A stretch of 64,000 bases of DNA from Azolla caroliniana (taxonomy: Eukaryota > Plantae > Polypodiophyta): the NCBI GenBank assembly GCA_043228905.1, contig JBHGNT010000013.1, positions 19,964,001 through 20,028,000 of the forward strand, written 5' to 3'. Under the pieces are notes generated by a model. It was not told the origin of the DNA, searched no databases, and worked only from the letters and a program-made list of their open reading frames with translations. Of this stretch, positions 49,822 to 63,494 are shown piece after piece. Position 1 is the stretch's first letter. Each line of letters begins with the position of its first letter. A program made the position numbers and the translations under genes.

Positions 49822-52520
49822 TTGATTTGTCTTATCTCTAAAGGGGATGGAGCCTTAGAGGACATTAGGGCATGGTGGACAATCACATTACTCAATACAG
49901 TTTACAAAATTTATGCTAAGGTATTGGCATTGCGTTTGCAACCTTTATTGCATGATATTATTCATACTTCTCAGACAGGTTTTATGCAATATAGGAGTAT
50001 ATTTGATAATATTTTTTTGTTTTGGGAGTTGTCCACCTCAGCTATGGCAAAGAGAGAGGACTTAGTAATTTTATTGTTAGATTTTGAAAAGGCCTATGAT
50101 AGAGTGAATTGGGACTTTTTAGAAGAGGTGATGAGAAGATTAGGGTTTCCAGAAGCTTGGATTATTGCAGTGTCAGCTTTGTATAGATTAGCTTATAGTT
50201 CTATCTTAGTAGTAGGAGGTAGAGGACAAAGGTTTCAAATGTCACAATCTGTTCGCCAAGGGTGTCCGTTAGCCCCTTTCTTATTTCTTATTGTTACGGA
50301 GGTATTTTCAGCATTTTTAAATTCAGCAGGTGCTGGGATCCAAGGGCTGGTCGCACCGATCTCTAACAAGATGATTTTAGATGTGGAGTTTGCAGATGAT
50401 ACAACATTATACATGCGCGTTGAAGAAGGTAATTTGTATAAAGCACAAGCTGCATTGGAAACATTTTGTGTTGCCTCTAGTGCAAAAGTTAATTGGTGTA
50501 AATTAGTGGGTTTTTGGGTTTCTATGCGACCATTGCCATCATGGAGACCATCTAAGTTTTTTCATTGGATTCAAGAAGGAGTTTTAGTTTGTTACTTAGG
50601 ATGTCAAGTTGGCATAAATATGCATAAGGAGCAATTGTTAGCTCCTCTAATGTTATCACTTAGGAAAAAATTGTTGATTTGGGACACCATAGAGTTGTCT
50701 TTAGCAGTCAGAGTAATGATAGCTAATCAGGTTCTCCTTTCATCAATGTGGTATATTGCATCTACATGTTTGTTACATATTCAACGAATGGTTCGAAACT
50801 TTATTTGGATAGGACGAAGTAATAATGATGCTCGTGCGAATGTAGCTTGGTCGACACTTATGATGCAATTTTCTGATGGTGGTTTAGGGTTGGTAACCCC
50901 AGACAACCAATGTAAGGCTCTTTTGGCAAAATTTGTTATTAGGGCTATGTTGCTTGCTCAAGGTATATGGTCAGAGTTGCTTTTAAACTGATTGCTTGAT
51001 ATTAAACCGTTTACGGGGGGTTTTGGGCATTCTTGTCAAATTTTAAGACGAGACTGATAGATGGTTTATGGTTGGCATTTGTAAAGCATGGGTTGCTATT
51101 AAGTTTTTTTTTATTCCTAGATGCCCCTCTTCGAATGAAGAACTGTTGTGGCAACCTTTGATTTGGAATTTTATTTTTTCTGATGAAAGGGGTGTATTGC
51201 TTGGTAGTAGATTGCGATTACAGTGGGCTACGTTGGATAATGGTATAGCTGCCACGGTAGCCTCTTGGGGAAATTATGTTTTTCATCTTAATAATTCACA
51301 GTTAGATGCTACCATGTGTAGGGGTTTTAGACTTACGTTTGATGAAATTCAATTATCTTTAGGGAATTTTCTCTCTAATTGGTCGTCTTCTTTTGACCAT
51401 GTTTGGTTTGGATATTTTACTCTGGTTGGTGTTATTATAGGAGTAAAAGGAACAACATCTCAAGGAGATTGTTACTATTTTGATGTGTCTGAGGAAGGAA
51501 GATTATGGCAGACTGATGTGGAATCATCAATTTGGCAAACTACATTGCAACCTCCGGTGAGTGTGATTGGTAAATCGGGTAAAAGATGGATTTTAGATCC
51601 TTCTCCTTCTTATAGTATGTTGTTTTGCCAACTATGGGTTTTTTTTTAAAAGTCATTGTTGGACTTGCATTGGGATCCATCAAATTATCTTTGGAAACAT
51701 ATAGATCCTTTGTCTCATACTAAATTTTTTCAAATTTTTCAATATTCTGTGAAGTTGGGACAACAATTGCTCTTATGTAGGAAATTTCATCTGCCATCCG
51801 CTATGAAAGTGTGGTTGGCGAATGGGGCCTCTTTAATGGATGCATCTAAATATTGGAAGTGGTTATGGAGTATGCAGATTCCCAGGAAGATTGTCCTTTT
51901 TCGTTGGTTATTGATCCATTATGCACTACCAGTTCGGGCTTGGTTGCGGCAATTAGATAGTAAGTCATGTGGTTTTGGTTGTGGATGTATGATAGAATCA
52001 ATTAAGCATGTATTGTGGTCTTGTCCTAAAATTATGCAGAGAGTATTAAGGTTGTTGATATTGATACATGCTAATTCTGTGGTCACTTGGGGTGCGGTTA
52101 GGTGGGGCATTCTAGAGGGACAACTCTTGTTATATGAAAAGGAGGATATAGTGGAAGCCTTTCACATAGTTCCTCCTCATATACAAATGGTTCAACCTTT
52201 TATAAGTGATAGTTTGCAATTTAGGGATGATATTATCTGGAAGACAATTTCATCTATTCTGATGTGGGTAATTTGGAAGGCGTGATGCACATCAATATTT
52301 GATAATGTCACTCAAGATGCTTCTGTTATAATTGCTAAATTCTGGTTGTTACTTGTTCATACATTACGTGGTTAGTATGCAAAATTCATAGGCAATGGTG
52401 ATGCCATTTCCAGGAAGCAAATGCATTTTAAAAGGATATGGACCTCTATGCTCATTTTTAGGGAAGATGGAAATCACACAATTTGGATGTATACTGTTCC
52501 CGTCATTTTGGGAAACAATG
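49822..52520 (+). mobile_element. 5'-truncated, decayed L1-clade LINE ORF2 (RT plus C-terminal zinc-binding region)
   Basis: ITLLNTVYKI, LLDFEKAYDRV, VRQGCPLAP, EFADDT, YLG and GGLGL, followed by WKWLW..IP.KI..FRW and CGFGC..ESIKHVLWSC. In-frame stops and frameshifts. A 24-bp direct repeat (49748-49771, 49798-49821) abuts the 5' junction. Confidence 0.92.
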
Positions 52521-52929
52521 TCTACTAACTTTGTTTATGGACATTTTGTTGTTACAGATTTTGGGTCTATAGGTTACATTGAATGCTCAATTGCAGTTTG
52601 GGAGGAGTAGACAATAAAAATCTTGGAGATATGGTGTACAAATATGTGTAGTTCTGGTATATACACATCAAATCGACTATGAGGAATGGCGTTGGAAAGT
52701 TGCTGTTGTTGCACGAGTTGCAAGACGGATTATGAAAGAGAGGCATCAGTCAGACTTTGAAAAGCAGAAATCCAAAAACAACAACAACAAATTGCTTGAA
52801 GTTTAGCTAAAAACATTACTAGTTTCTAGCATTCGAGTAAAGCACTTCTTAGAGATGTTGTTAGAATAATAATGTTTCTATGTCAGTTTTATCAAGCAAT
52901 AATTCAGAAAAAACTGCCATTGATAAGGT

Positions 52930-53630
52930 ATCGTCAATGTTGTGGCATTTCTCAAAGTTTGTGCTCAGAGGAAGGATATTTGTGAAGGTTATTGAATACA
53001 TGCATATATTGTGAGAAAAGGGTTGCTTGAAAAAAGCTTGTATCTAGCAACTTATTTTATCAACATGTATGCTAAATGTGTTGCTCTTTTAAAAGCACAA
53101 AAAGTGCTCGGAAAGTTGCCAACCCGAAATGTTATATCGTGGACTGTGTCAATTTTAGGTTATACACGAGAAGGCCGAATTTATGAAGCTTTAAAAGCTT
53201 CGAAACGATGCAAAACGAGGGCATGTCTCCTCATACCATCAACTTTATTTGCATCTTCAAAGCAGGTAGCATAGCAAGAGATGTAGAAATGGGCATAAAA
53301 ATTCATGTAAAGATTGTTTCTAAGTGCTTTCCATTAAAAGATATCGCACTTGGAAATGCACTAGTGGATATGTATGCCAAATGTGGTTTGATTATTAAAG
53401 CGCAAGATGTATTTGAAGAGCTTCTAGTCCGAGATGGAGTTTCTTGGAATATTATGATCGACGAATGTGTGCAAAATGAACAAAATAACAAAGCATTGAA
53501 AATCTATCATATGTATGTTACTTGTGGTATGCTTGAGAAAGCAATAAAAGTACTAGAATACCTTCATCTTCGATATGTGTTTGCTTGATCACCCCTTATT
53601 GCTGGCTATGCTCAACAAATCGGCTATGAT
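52930..53630 (+). pseudogene. PLS-class pentatricopeptide repeat (PPR) gene fragment
   Basis: INMYAKC..A.KV..KLP.RNVISWT, MQNEGMSP..I.F, and LGNALVDMYAKCG...A.DVF..L..RDGVSWN. Frameshifts and stops; no start codon or E/DYW domain. Confidence 0.85.
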
Positions 53631-55776
53631 GAGAGTACAAGGGAATAAGTTGGTATATTTGTTTATCCAACACAACTTTTGTATTTCTTATGACTTCATA
53701 ATACCAAGGCGTATCTTTTTAGGGGAAAAAAATAAAAAATAAAAAATAAAAAAAGTGTAGAGAAGTTTAACTAAGCCTCTATTTAACAAGGGTATTGAAT
53801 TTGAAAAATCAAGTATAATGCTATTGGGTCATATGAAGCAACAATATCGATAAATGACAAGGAACTCTCTAAGTTTTTTCGTGGACTATTAGGATGTTAT
53901 GGAGCTTGCACTTTAGTATCTAAGGATTTGACCACATTGTCACACATAACAATGACAGGGGACATTCTTCAATTTTTTTTATGAAGAGACATGTATGGTT
54001 CTACTTCATATAACGATAATTCATTGTATGAGAAACTTGGGATAAGTTGAAAAGATGCAAATGGAGTCATGCACCTAAAATCTAGACTATTGGAACTTTC
54101 ACTATAGAAAAGTCACATTCTAGGTCATCCACATTTGTATTTGGACTGGAGGATGGGAGTACACATTCCTAATGTAGATACACGAGGACATGATAAAATT
54201 AGCATAACTTTTATGGGTAGAGAGAGATATATTGTCCTATCATTACATATTACACAATTTGACTAGGAATTCTCAACACATTCTTTCTATTGTTTATACC
54301 TAAACAAACAATAAAGACAACATTGATGTATGTGTCTTTACTAAGGGCATTTTTCGAGGCACAAGTTGATTGCATCAAGACAAAAAGTAAATGAATCTCT
54401 AGTGGTAAAATGTGCAATTCCTTTTTACACGTCAAGGTACATGCATACACACATCTACATACATATGTGTGTATTTGAGTTGCCAATGTTTTTCACATTG
54501 TACATTCAATATGTATGTATAGTATTGAACCAAACTCTAGCGCATCCACATTTTGTAGTGGAGAAGGATAAACTATTAAGGTAACCTTCATGAAAGGTGG
54601 AAGACAATTTAGTTAGGTAGAAAAAGATTGATTGTGCTCGACTTTAAGATCCACGTGACGTGTTTGGCTTCAAATATTTTGATGTAGAATGGTATCTTTG
54701 AGAAGACCAGGTCATTACCCATGTTTTCTTTTGTGACCAACAACACCGTAAGGGTTTTCTCGCATGGTACACAGAGAGAAAACGAAGCTACCACCCACGT
54801 TTGTTTTGATGGCACTATGGATTTCGACCAAGCATTGCGAGTAATATCGTGAATGGTATGGTACGTAAACGAGGCTTAACATGAGACGCAAACATGACAA
54901 TGGCAGACAACTTCCTCACCCTAGAATGGTACATCGAGAAGACTTAGCAATCAAGCATGGTTCTTTTTTACTGTAGGAGAAGGCATCCGGCCAGCACGTC
55001 ACGGAGAAAACGGAGGGGGGGGGGGAGTGGGTGGTAGAATATTACATAGAATGTGTGCGTAAGATTCCAAAGGCTATATGTACACGTGGTTGGCCAACAT
55101 AGACCATGTTATCTCTTGAAATGGGGGAAACTCAGAACGAAGGAATTGAACAAACCCAGCACTTTTGATCGATTGAGAGTCAGACAATCGCAAAATGCAA
55201 AGCGAAGGAAAGATATATAGAAAAAAGAGCAGCGAAAATTAGATATAACATATATTTCCACGATTTATATCAAAAAACACGAAGGTTAATAAATAGAGAT
55301 AAATAAATATAGAGAAAATCGCCTAAAAGCTGGAAAAAATAGAAACTAAAAAAATAAAAAAAAACACTATTTCTTCTAATATTTTTAAAAATGAAATTAA
55401 AAAGAAAAGCAAAAAGCAAATAGATAGACTGAATAAATTGGATGCATGGGGAGCGCCTTACCATCGCACATAAATAAGAAATAAATACAAAAGTGACAAA
55501 TATATTAAAGTAGAACCAAAAAGATATTTAGTCGTATTTAAAAAACAAAACAAACAAATAATAATAATAATAACAATTTTTGCTCATCTAAAAAACCTTC
55601 CTGTTTATGTCGTCTCTTCTTCTTCTTCTTTCACTGTCGCGAAGTTTTCCTTGAGTCCTTTTCCTTCTTCTTCTTGCCATGGCATCTTTCTCCTAAACTA
55701 CTGAAGCCTAAACTAGCACTTTCCTCTCTCCTACCTATTTCATCCCTTGCTTCTTATTCGTATTAAATCGGCAGAT

Positions 55777-58700
55777 ATGGCTTGGAGCTTCTCTGCTTCA
55801 TCCTTCTGTGTCACTTCCACCTCTCCATCGCCTCATGCTTCTCATGGATTGCAGAAGAACAAGAAGCTAGAAAGATTCTTTCATTCATCTCCAGCTGAAA
55901 CATGTAAGTTTTATGCACATTACTTGTCTATTCCTAAAATAAGATGTGCTAGTAAGTTTCATGTGCCGTTCTCCTGTCTATTATATATTTTTCTCGATCA
56001 TGATAGTAGATTTCACTGTTTTAATAGGCCTTTGTTCTATTTATTCCTAGACTGAATAAACTTTGGATTTATTGTTAGAATAATTTGTGTACAAATTGAA
56101 TAAATATTCCTCCTGCGATTAATTGATGTTTACATTCATCCATTCATAACATACATAAATACATACAAACTAGGTTCAGTATTCAGTGTTTAAGTTCAAT
56201 GTGTAATTTTCGAGTTGATTCTATTTCTGGATTGTTTGTGAGAGTAAATTTGGCATATATAATTACTATTTTTTATGTTTTCTACTGGATTTGTAAGCGT
56301 AAATTTCCATTTTTCGTTGATTCCTTTTCTGATGTGTAACTTCACTTCAAATTTTCTGCTATTTCTTCTTAAATGTGTAAGCTTAAACTCAATCTTTTTT
56401 ATTGATTCCATTTTTGATGCATAAGTTTGATGCAACTTTCAATGTTGATTCCGTTTTTGGCTTCTGCAGTTGGTCTTCCAGCATCTAGTCTTTGTGATAT
56501 GTCTTCTTTTTTGATGTGATTATATGAATAAACCTGAATCTGCACAGAGTCTTTCTGCTTGTCTTCAATGTATGATTTTGATCACATTTTCTGGCTGATT
56601 CCAAATTTTGACTTGATTGGGAGAGTAAATTTGACATCTACAGTTATGCTTTATGCTGTGTCTTCCTAAAATGTGTTAGTTAAATGTATCTTATCTTGTG
56701 GATCCCATTTCTGGCTTGGTTCTGAGAATAAAACATTTAAGCGTTCATCATTGATTTGATTTCTAGCTTGATTGTGGAAGTAAATTAGAGGCTCTGCAAT
56801 CAGTCTTTCTGCTACATCTTCTGAAATATGCAAGTTAAATGCATATTTCCTTGTGATTCTATTTTTTTGTCTTCACAGTAGCATAGCTCACCTACTTTCC
56901 AAGAAAGTATGTCTTACTTAAGTCTGCAACATGTAGCCATCATGTCAATGATGCAACTAATACTTATCAAAACTGATGTTTGACACTATTTTATTAACAT
57001 ATGAAGCATTTTAACTTGGCAAGCCTATGACCATTGACAAGGCTTGCTTGAAACTCATTAACATGATATGGTTCTGAATTTGCATTAGTTCGGTAATGTG
57101 ATGAACAATTGGGTAATTGTACATAAGTGTACACTCAATTATCACGAGAATGTCAATTACATCCTCCATCTTGCACATCAACCCCACTAGTGTAAGCTGT
57201 ACAGTTATATTCAAGATCCAATACTTAGTGAAAGATAAAAGTGGCCATATGGAAGCAGGAGATGATGAAAGTTTATACCCATATATTATGAAATTGATTT
57301 CTAGGAAAAAAGATGAATACCAACACCAGCAGAACGTTAAAAATTCAACGTCAAGTTTTCTAGGACAAACATATTCACTGTGACTCTTCGAGAGAATTAG
57401 AAGAAAAATTGAACTTATAGTTGTCTTTCAATATTCATGACAGTTACAATCTCTTGCTTAATTTCTTTTGAAGGCAATGACATGCATAATTGTGTATTTC
57501 CTAAACTCTAATTAAAAAGTGCATCTAACAACAATTTTGCAATTTTGAGTTGTTGGACAGCACAGTTAAGCTCTATTTCTTTGCACGCTGCTTGTTTTTC
57601 TCCATCAGCTGAAGCTATTGTAACTGGACAAAAACGAGTTTCTAGTTTCAATGAACAAGGTATTTATCTTCTATCTATAAATCACTCACATTCATAATGT
57701 TACTTCTCTCATTCATATATGCTGATGACATTCCTCATTTCTAACTCTCTGGAGACACGACAAAGACTTCTAGATGCTTTCAAGTCATTTTGTACAGACA
57801 AAGAATTTTCAGTCAGCCTTCATAAAACTACAGTGATGGTGTTTAGCACAACTCAAGCATGGTAATAAGATCAAAACCTGATTTCTTACCGAGAAACGAA
57901 AAGGTTGCATACACATGATCCTACACATACCTAGGAATAACATTCACGAGGTCTCATTTACTCTACAGGAGGCTGCATGTGCTCGACTGTTCTGTGGATA
58001 TATAGCTCTTCGTGCCCTTGAAAGACAATAAGCACATAATACAATTTCAAGAACCATGGAAAAAATTGTGCTTGTTTCATACACAACAACGTAGGCTCTT
58101 CTCTATGGGATGGAACTTGGGGAACAAGACTTCATAGGGCATATAATTTGAGAGATTTGGAGAGGCATCTTCTCCTGATGATTTTATGATAAGATGCCAT
58201 TTTTGAGATGGGAGCAATCCAAATAGTGAATGAGACACTATCGAGATAAATGATTTGTATCCAATAGATTTGGGAGCTCTCAAAGCAAATGAACTCAAAT
58301 TGTTACTGTCGTCATCAAAACAACTTGCAGGATTGGAAGATAACCATTGTTGGTATGCTGTAATGCAAGACACAAGATAAATATAATTGCACTAACCCAA
58401 TTCAATATAGCTTGGATCATCTACACTTGGGCATGGCCAAAGTTAGAAAGAATATAGTGCTTGATGTGAATACTATTAAATTGGGTAATGGAAGAATATG
58501 GATCAGCCTCACACGCCTCGTGATAGGAAGTTGAACCACTATAATAACCTCATTTTATGGTTGTCATCAAGGGGATTGTCATTAGCAATCACCAATGTTT
58601 GGGTTGGGTTGGGTTGGGTTTGAGAGTCAAAAACTCAAACCCTTCAATTTGGAGCTTAAACTTCACCATGAAATTGTTTAAGCAGATTTCGTTTAAACTG

Positions 58701-61700
58701 AAACCACGTGAAGCTCAAACGAAATGGTTCAAGAGATTTACAAACCGTTAAGCTGTTTAGCCATTGAGTTGCAGTTTCACGGTTTGGTTTTGAGGTCTGG
58801 CCAATATTTTGTGTTAACTTTTGCACAATTCTTTAAGAAAAAGTATTCCAACCAAAAGTCTCCTATTTACAAACTGCAAAGAAGAAAATATTGGATCTCA
58901 GATGTTATATAACTTCTAATGTTAATAGACTATAGCTCTTAACTTTATGAAGTTAATTCATATTTAATATATATCTCAAAAATGCCTTAACAGTAAACTG
59001 TTAAGCCAATTAAGCCATGGTTTGAAGCTGTTTAAACAGCAAACTGTTAAGCCAATAAAGGCTCTAATCGAACCAAACTGAACCTTTGAACCCCCAAGAT
59101 AAACAAAACCCAAACTGAGCCATTTGCAAATTTCAAAACTTGAACCAAACCATTTAAACTGTTAAGTCATTAAGCTATGGTTTTTGTGGTTTGGTTTGGT
59201 TCAAACCAAACCATTTCCTATTACTAATCATTATTAGGACCTCTAGGACCTCTTGCATGGATACACTATATACTTTGTGATATGATAAGGCAAGTCAGGA
59301 CTTCTTGACTTCAGTTAGAGATTAGACAAGAAAAGATGCAGTCAAAGCTAAGGCAGAATACTTTTGTAAATTGTGCCGTGAAGTTGTGGAATTAGAGGTA
59401 CATTATGTTTGTAATGATATAAATTTCTATGAAATAGGCCGATAGTTGCTCACCATTTCATAAAAGGAGAAACAAGAGTGGCAAATAAATGAAGAAATGG
59501 ACTGTTTCATGTCCCTTTGAAACGATGATGTGCCCCAAAAATAGGACTAAATTTTCATATTGATATACGCTACATATAAAATACTACAAAGTTCACATTT
59601 AAATTGTTTAAATTCATCAATAATTATTTATGTATTTTCATTCTCAATTTACACTAGTCTGTATTGTATACAAATTTCCAAATTACAATAGAGTGAGGTT
59701 TTATGGCAAACTATAAAATGCAAATTTTCTTAACCAAGTTTCAAAAAATAAATTGATGATATTATGGCCAAGAAATGTGGAGGACAGGGTGGAGGATAGG
59801 GAGAAAGAAAGAAAGATATATTAACGTCTTTTAAGAGGCCAAAATGGCCTATAAGACCAAATAAGAGATTACATCTTGAGTGTTGTCTTGTCTTTGAGAA
59901 CAGATCAAAATAAAATAAATACTACACAGTAAATATAAAAGTAAATAAGATGAAAAGAGAAGAAATGAGGGAATCTGGTTTTTGGCACATGTGAGATTCT
60001 CAAGTTAGGTATATTGTAGCTTTTGTCTTCGAAAGATCTCTAGCATAGGTCGATCCAGAATGGAAATGTCTCCGAAGAGAGAGAAGCACCTACGATGGCG
60101 GGAGATAATGGATTTTATTTGTCGATGACAAGGGTGTTGAGGTCGTGGTCCATCGGGGCGTGGCCTATGTGCATGGCAAATTGCTATTGCCTGATCAATT
60201 GTAACCCCTTTGTTATGTCCTGGTCTGGAGCCCATTTGTGTATCCCGTGATGGACTTGTAGGATTAGTAGGAGTGATGGTGCTAAAGAAAGTTGTGATTG
60301 TTCTTTGTGGATGAGCTTGTGGCTGTATTCTTCAACAACTTTTCCCGATGTCTCTTGAGCTCTAGCAAGAAAAGTCCTAGGCATCGTTGGTCCTCATATT
60401 CCATTACCTTGCATAGTGGGCCAAAGCCTTGTTTAAAGAGGCAATGGTATCTCCCTCTGATTTCATAAAAGACACTACAATGACAAACATAGTGTTCCTC
60501 AGATTCCACTCCTTGATGACACAATTGGCAAATTCTCTCTTCTAGAGGTAGTCGTGTATATCTGCCTACCTCAATATGTAGCTGATGTGATGAAGTTCTT
60601 AGCTGCCCTATCACACTACGCAGCGCATAAGATAGATGTATGTCCATATAAGGTGGCCTGATGACGAATCCATCCTCCGATGTATGTAAGAAGTGCGTCT
60701 TATAGTGGGCCATCTTTGTACCAAGTGGTATTTTGGGGCTGATCCATGTTATCTTGTTTTCCAAGTTAATAATATCAGTCCGGATCACTCTATTCTTTTC
60801 CACTTTGGTCATATTTAGGTGGGGACAGTCCAAGCTATATTGGAACGGCGGTAGTGCATTTATACTCATGCCATGTGACTCGAACCAACAATGAGTGTCT
60901 CCATTTTCAGCCAGTTGTCTTGATGACATAAGTGCCAACCTTGGGTACCTTTGTTTAGGAGAGAGAGGCGACAAGAAAAGCTATATTAACTTTTTCAAAT
61001 GGCCAATGTGACCAAATGTTACATCCATGTGAATAGTAGAAGGAAAGGAAGCTATATTAACGTCTTTTAGAGGTGAAAATGGCCTACTAATGCCAACCAT
61101 AAGGCCGAAATCGGCCTATAAGAAATCAAGATTACAAATATGGGTGAATTCAAGTTATTCATACTTAAACAACACTAAAAGCTCTAGGTTTCGTGAAGAT
61201 CCATGATAATGATCTTACTGCATGAGGTATTACTGGTAATGATTTTTGAGTTGATTTTAATTGCATAAATATTATGCAATGGATGTGTGGTGGTGAAGGG
61301 ACATGGGATTCAATGTTTGCTGGTGCAATATAGTGAGGTTATGGCCAAGTTCACTAATTGCACCTCGGTGTCCTAAGGCGGATCAAACATGATGATCAAT
61401 GATCTCTATGATCTAGTGCTGGTATGACTCATCTGCCTTGTCTCTAAGCGCTGATTGTCTCATTGTCGGCATTCCTCAGCTCACTCAGTGGTCACTCCTT
61501 AGCACTTGTTAGTGGAGGTGCAGGCCTATGGAAGAAGTAAATGATCTGGGAAAAGAAACCAATGATGTGTGATTGATGTTGCATCTTGTGTGCTAATATA
61601 AGGGTTGATTCCCTATGATTTTGAAGCTCAAGAAACTTCAGCCAAAATGATATTGTCAGCTTTCTCAATCATCTGATGAATGGCGGTGAGCTCCACATGA

Positions 61701-61829
61701 TGAATTAAAGTTGTAAGATGAAGAAATGAGTCTCAAGGAAAATGTAAAGAGAGAAAATTAAGGAAAAGAGAAAGAATGCTATTAAAAAAAGAAGGAAAAG
61801 AATAATAAAACTGTTGTCATATTTTAGAA

Positions 61830-61860
<31 letters not shown>

Positions 61861-63166
61861 TATTAACAAAGAAATATAGCTTAGTTAGTAAAACTGCATA
61901 AGGCACTGGATGATTTTGTGAGCTAACGCTCTATGTCTAGATGGCATTAAACTTCCTTTGAAAAATCTCTAATATGACACTGGATGATTTTGTTAGCTAA
62001 GCAATTAACAAATCTCTAATATGGAACTGAATGATTTTGTTAGCTAAGCAATAAATGTTCTATGTTTAGATGGATTGCAACTCCCTTTCAAAAAACTCTA
62101 ATATGGGCCAATCTAAGATGGGAGAGTTCTTTTAATCAAGCGAAGGAATGTGCATTTATGTCATGCGCTCTGTAGTGTGATAGGGAAGCTCAGGACCTCC
62201 TCACGTTAGTTAGAAATTTAAATATATAGAACTGCATGTGAATCTATCTATGGAAGAATGGATTTGCCAATTGTGCCATTGAGGGGTGGAATTGTAGAAC
62301 ACTATGTTTACCATTGTGTTGGTTTTTTATCTAATAAGAGGGAGATACCACAGCCTTTTTAAGGAAGATTTTGACCTACGATGGGATGTAATGGAATATG
62401 AAGATAAATGGTGCTTGGGTCTGTTCTTGATAGATCTCAAGTGATTAAGGGAGAAGTTGAAGCACAGCATACAGCCACAACAATTGACTAATAGAGAATG
62501 ATCATGGCGTTTTTTAGCTCCATGACTCATGCTACAAGCCAATCAAGGGCTACATGGGTCTTGACTTGGACACTTGAAAGGAGTTACTATAGATCAAGCA
62601 TTGCAAATGTGTCATACATGTAGGCTACTGCCATCTAGATCCCAACCCATGCACCGACCCTTTTTATCAATAAATAAAGTCTATTTTGGCCTCGTAAAAG
62701 ATGACAATATATCTTTCTTTCTTTTTTCCACTGTTGGGTGCATTATCAATAATGCATTTATTAACTTTATTTTAAAGGGTTCTTGCTTTTGTTCCTCTTT
62801 ATGACATCATTTAAATATTGTTTTATTTTATATGTGAATGAATGTATGCACGAGTTGGTCTTTTAACTAGGTCTGGAGAATTGTCTACCTTTCTAGGTTT
62901 AATCTTGCCTCCTACAAAGTAAAGGAATTTAACATGAAGATTTCCTAATGAAAATGCATGTCGAATAATCTGGCTCTGTTTTGGGATTATTATCTTTAGG
63001 GAGACTGTTACGGGTTGAAGCAACTTCATCCAACTCCCAACAATCAACTGCAACGGTGCCTGAACCACCTGAAGGATTTCTTGTTCCTGGTGTATTAGAA
63101 AGCATTAGTGGCGGAACTATTGATGAGCTTGTTAGTGATTCGGAGAAAATTGCTGAAAAGATACAG
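55777..63166 (+). CDS. 5' part of an unidentified, probably plastid-targeted protein; exons 55777-55903, 57609-57659, 63000-63166, continuing beyond the window
   Basis: Ser/Thr-rich transit-peptide-like start MAWSFSASSFCVTSTSPSP. GT-AG junctions in consistent phase give ...SSPAET|SEAIVTGQKRVSSFNEQ|GRLLRVEATSSNSQQSTATVPEPPEGF...EKIAEKIQ|. The RVEA motif resembles a transit-peptide cleavage region. Additional small exons cannot be excluded. Confidence 0.65.
57740..59430 (+). mobile_element. Decayed RTE-like LINE remnant in an intron, interrupted by a MITE
   Basis: QRLLDAFKSFC...SVSLHKTTVMVF, YTYLGITF, and after the MITE CKLCREVVELEVHYVC (homologous to 60282-60974). Confidence 0.65.
58583..59226. 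mobile_element. Older hAT-type MITE copy
   Basis: Termini TAGCAATC / CCTATTACTA. Degenerate TSD ATTGTCAT vs ATCATTAT; the differences are transitions. Confidence 0.7.
59805..60974 (-). mobile_element. 3' end of an RTE-like LINE (C-terminal CCHC region, 3'UTR and (CTTT)n tail)
   Basis: ORF 60282-60974: IGQLRTSSHQLHIEVGRY...ERICQLCHQGVESEEHYVCHC...YEIR. On the minus strand it ends ...GGCCTCTTAAAAGACGTTAATATATCTTTCTTTCTTTC. Confidence 0.85.
62540..62725 (+). mobile_element. Short plus-strand copy of the same LINE 3' end
   Basis: KGVTIDQA...CH peptide matches ORF 60005-60235. Ends ggcctcgtaaaagatgacaatatatctttctttc. Confidence 0.65.
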
Positions 63167-63494
63167 GTCCATTCCTTTCTATTTCATATTTCAATTCGAT
63201 CATGCATTGATATCCATTTTGGAGGGAAAAAGATGAAATATCCTCTATTATATGATGTTATCATAGTTAGAACCCCAAGTTTTAAGAAAAAGAATACCCA
63301 AAGCGTTTTTAAGTACATCCTAACAACAAAAAAAAACATTACTTTCTACTTTATCATGGCTGCAGAAAGGAGAAAGAAAGATATATTAGCGTCTTTTAAG
63401 AGGTCTAACTGGGCTATGAGATTGAACGAGAGATTGCACTGTAAACTGTTGCCTAGACTTTGAGAACTCCTAACCAAATTACTATAAGAACACT

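Noticed and set aside
56879-56906. Candidate micro-exon (cag...gtatgt) in intron 1 of the last gene
   Set aside because: None of the possible acceptors preserves frame, and one introduces a stop. The flanking exons join in phase without it.
61905-62105. Small degenerate tandem repeats here and at 5148-5262, 39716-39790, 44780-44910, 48370-48520 and 56200-56870
   Set aside because: Ordinary local duplications with no regular repeat-spacer structure.
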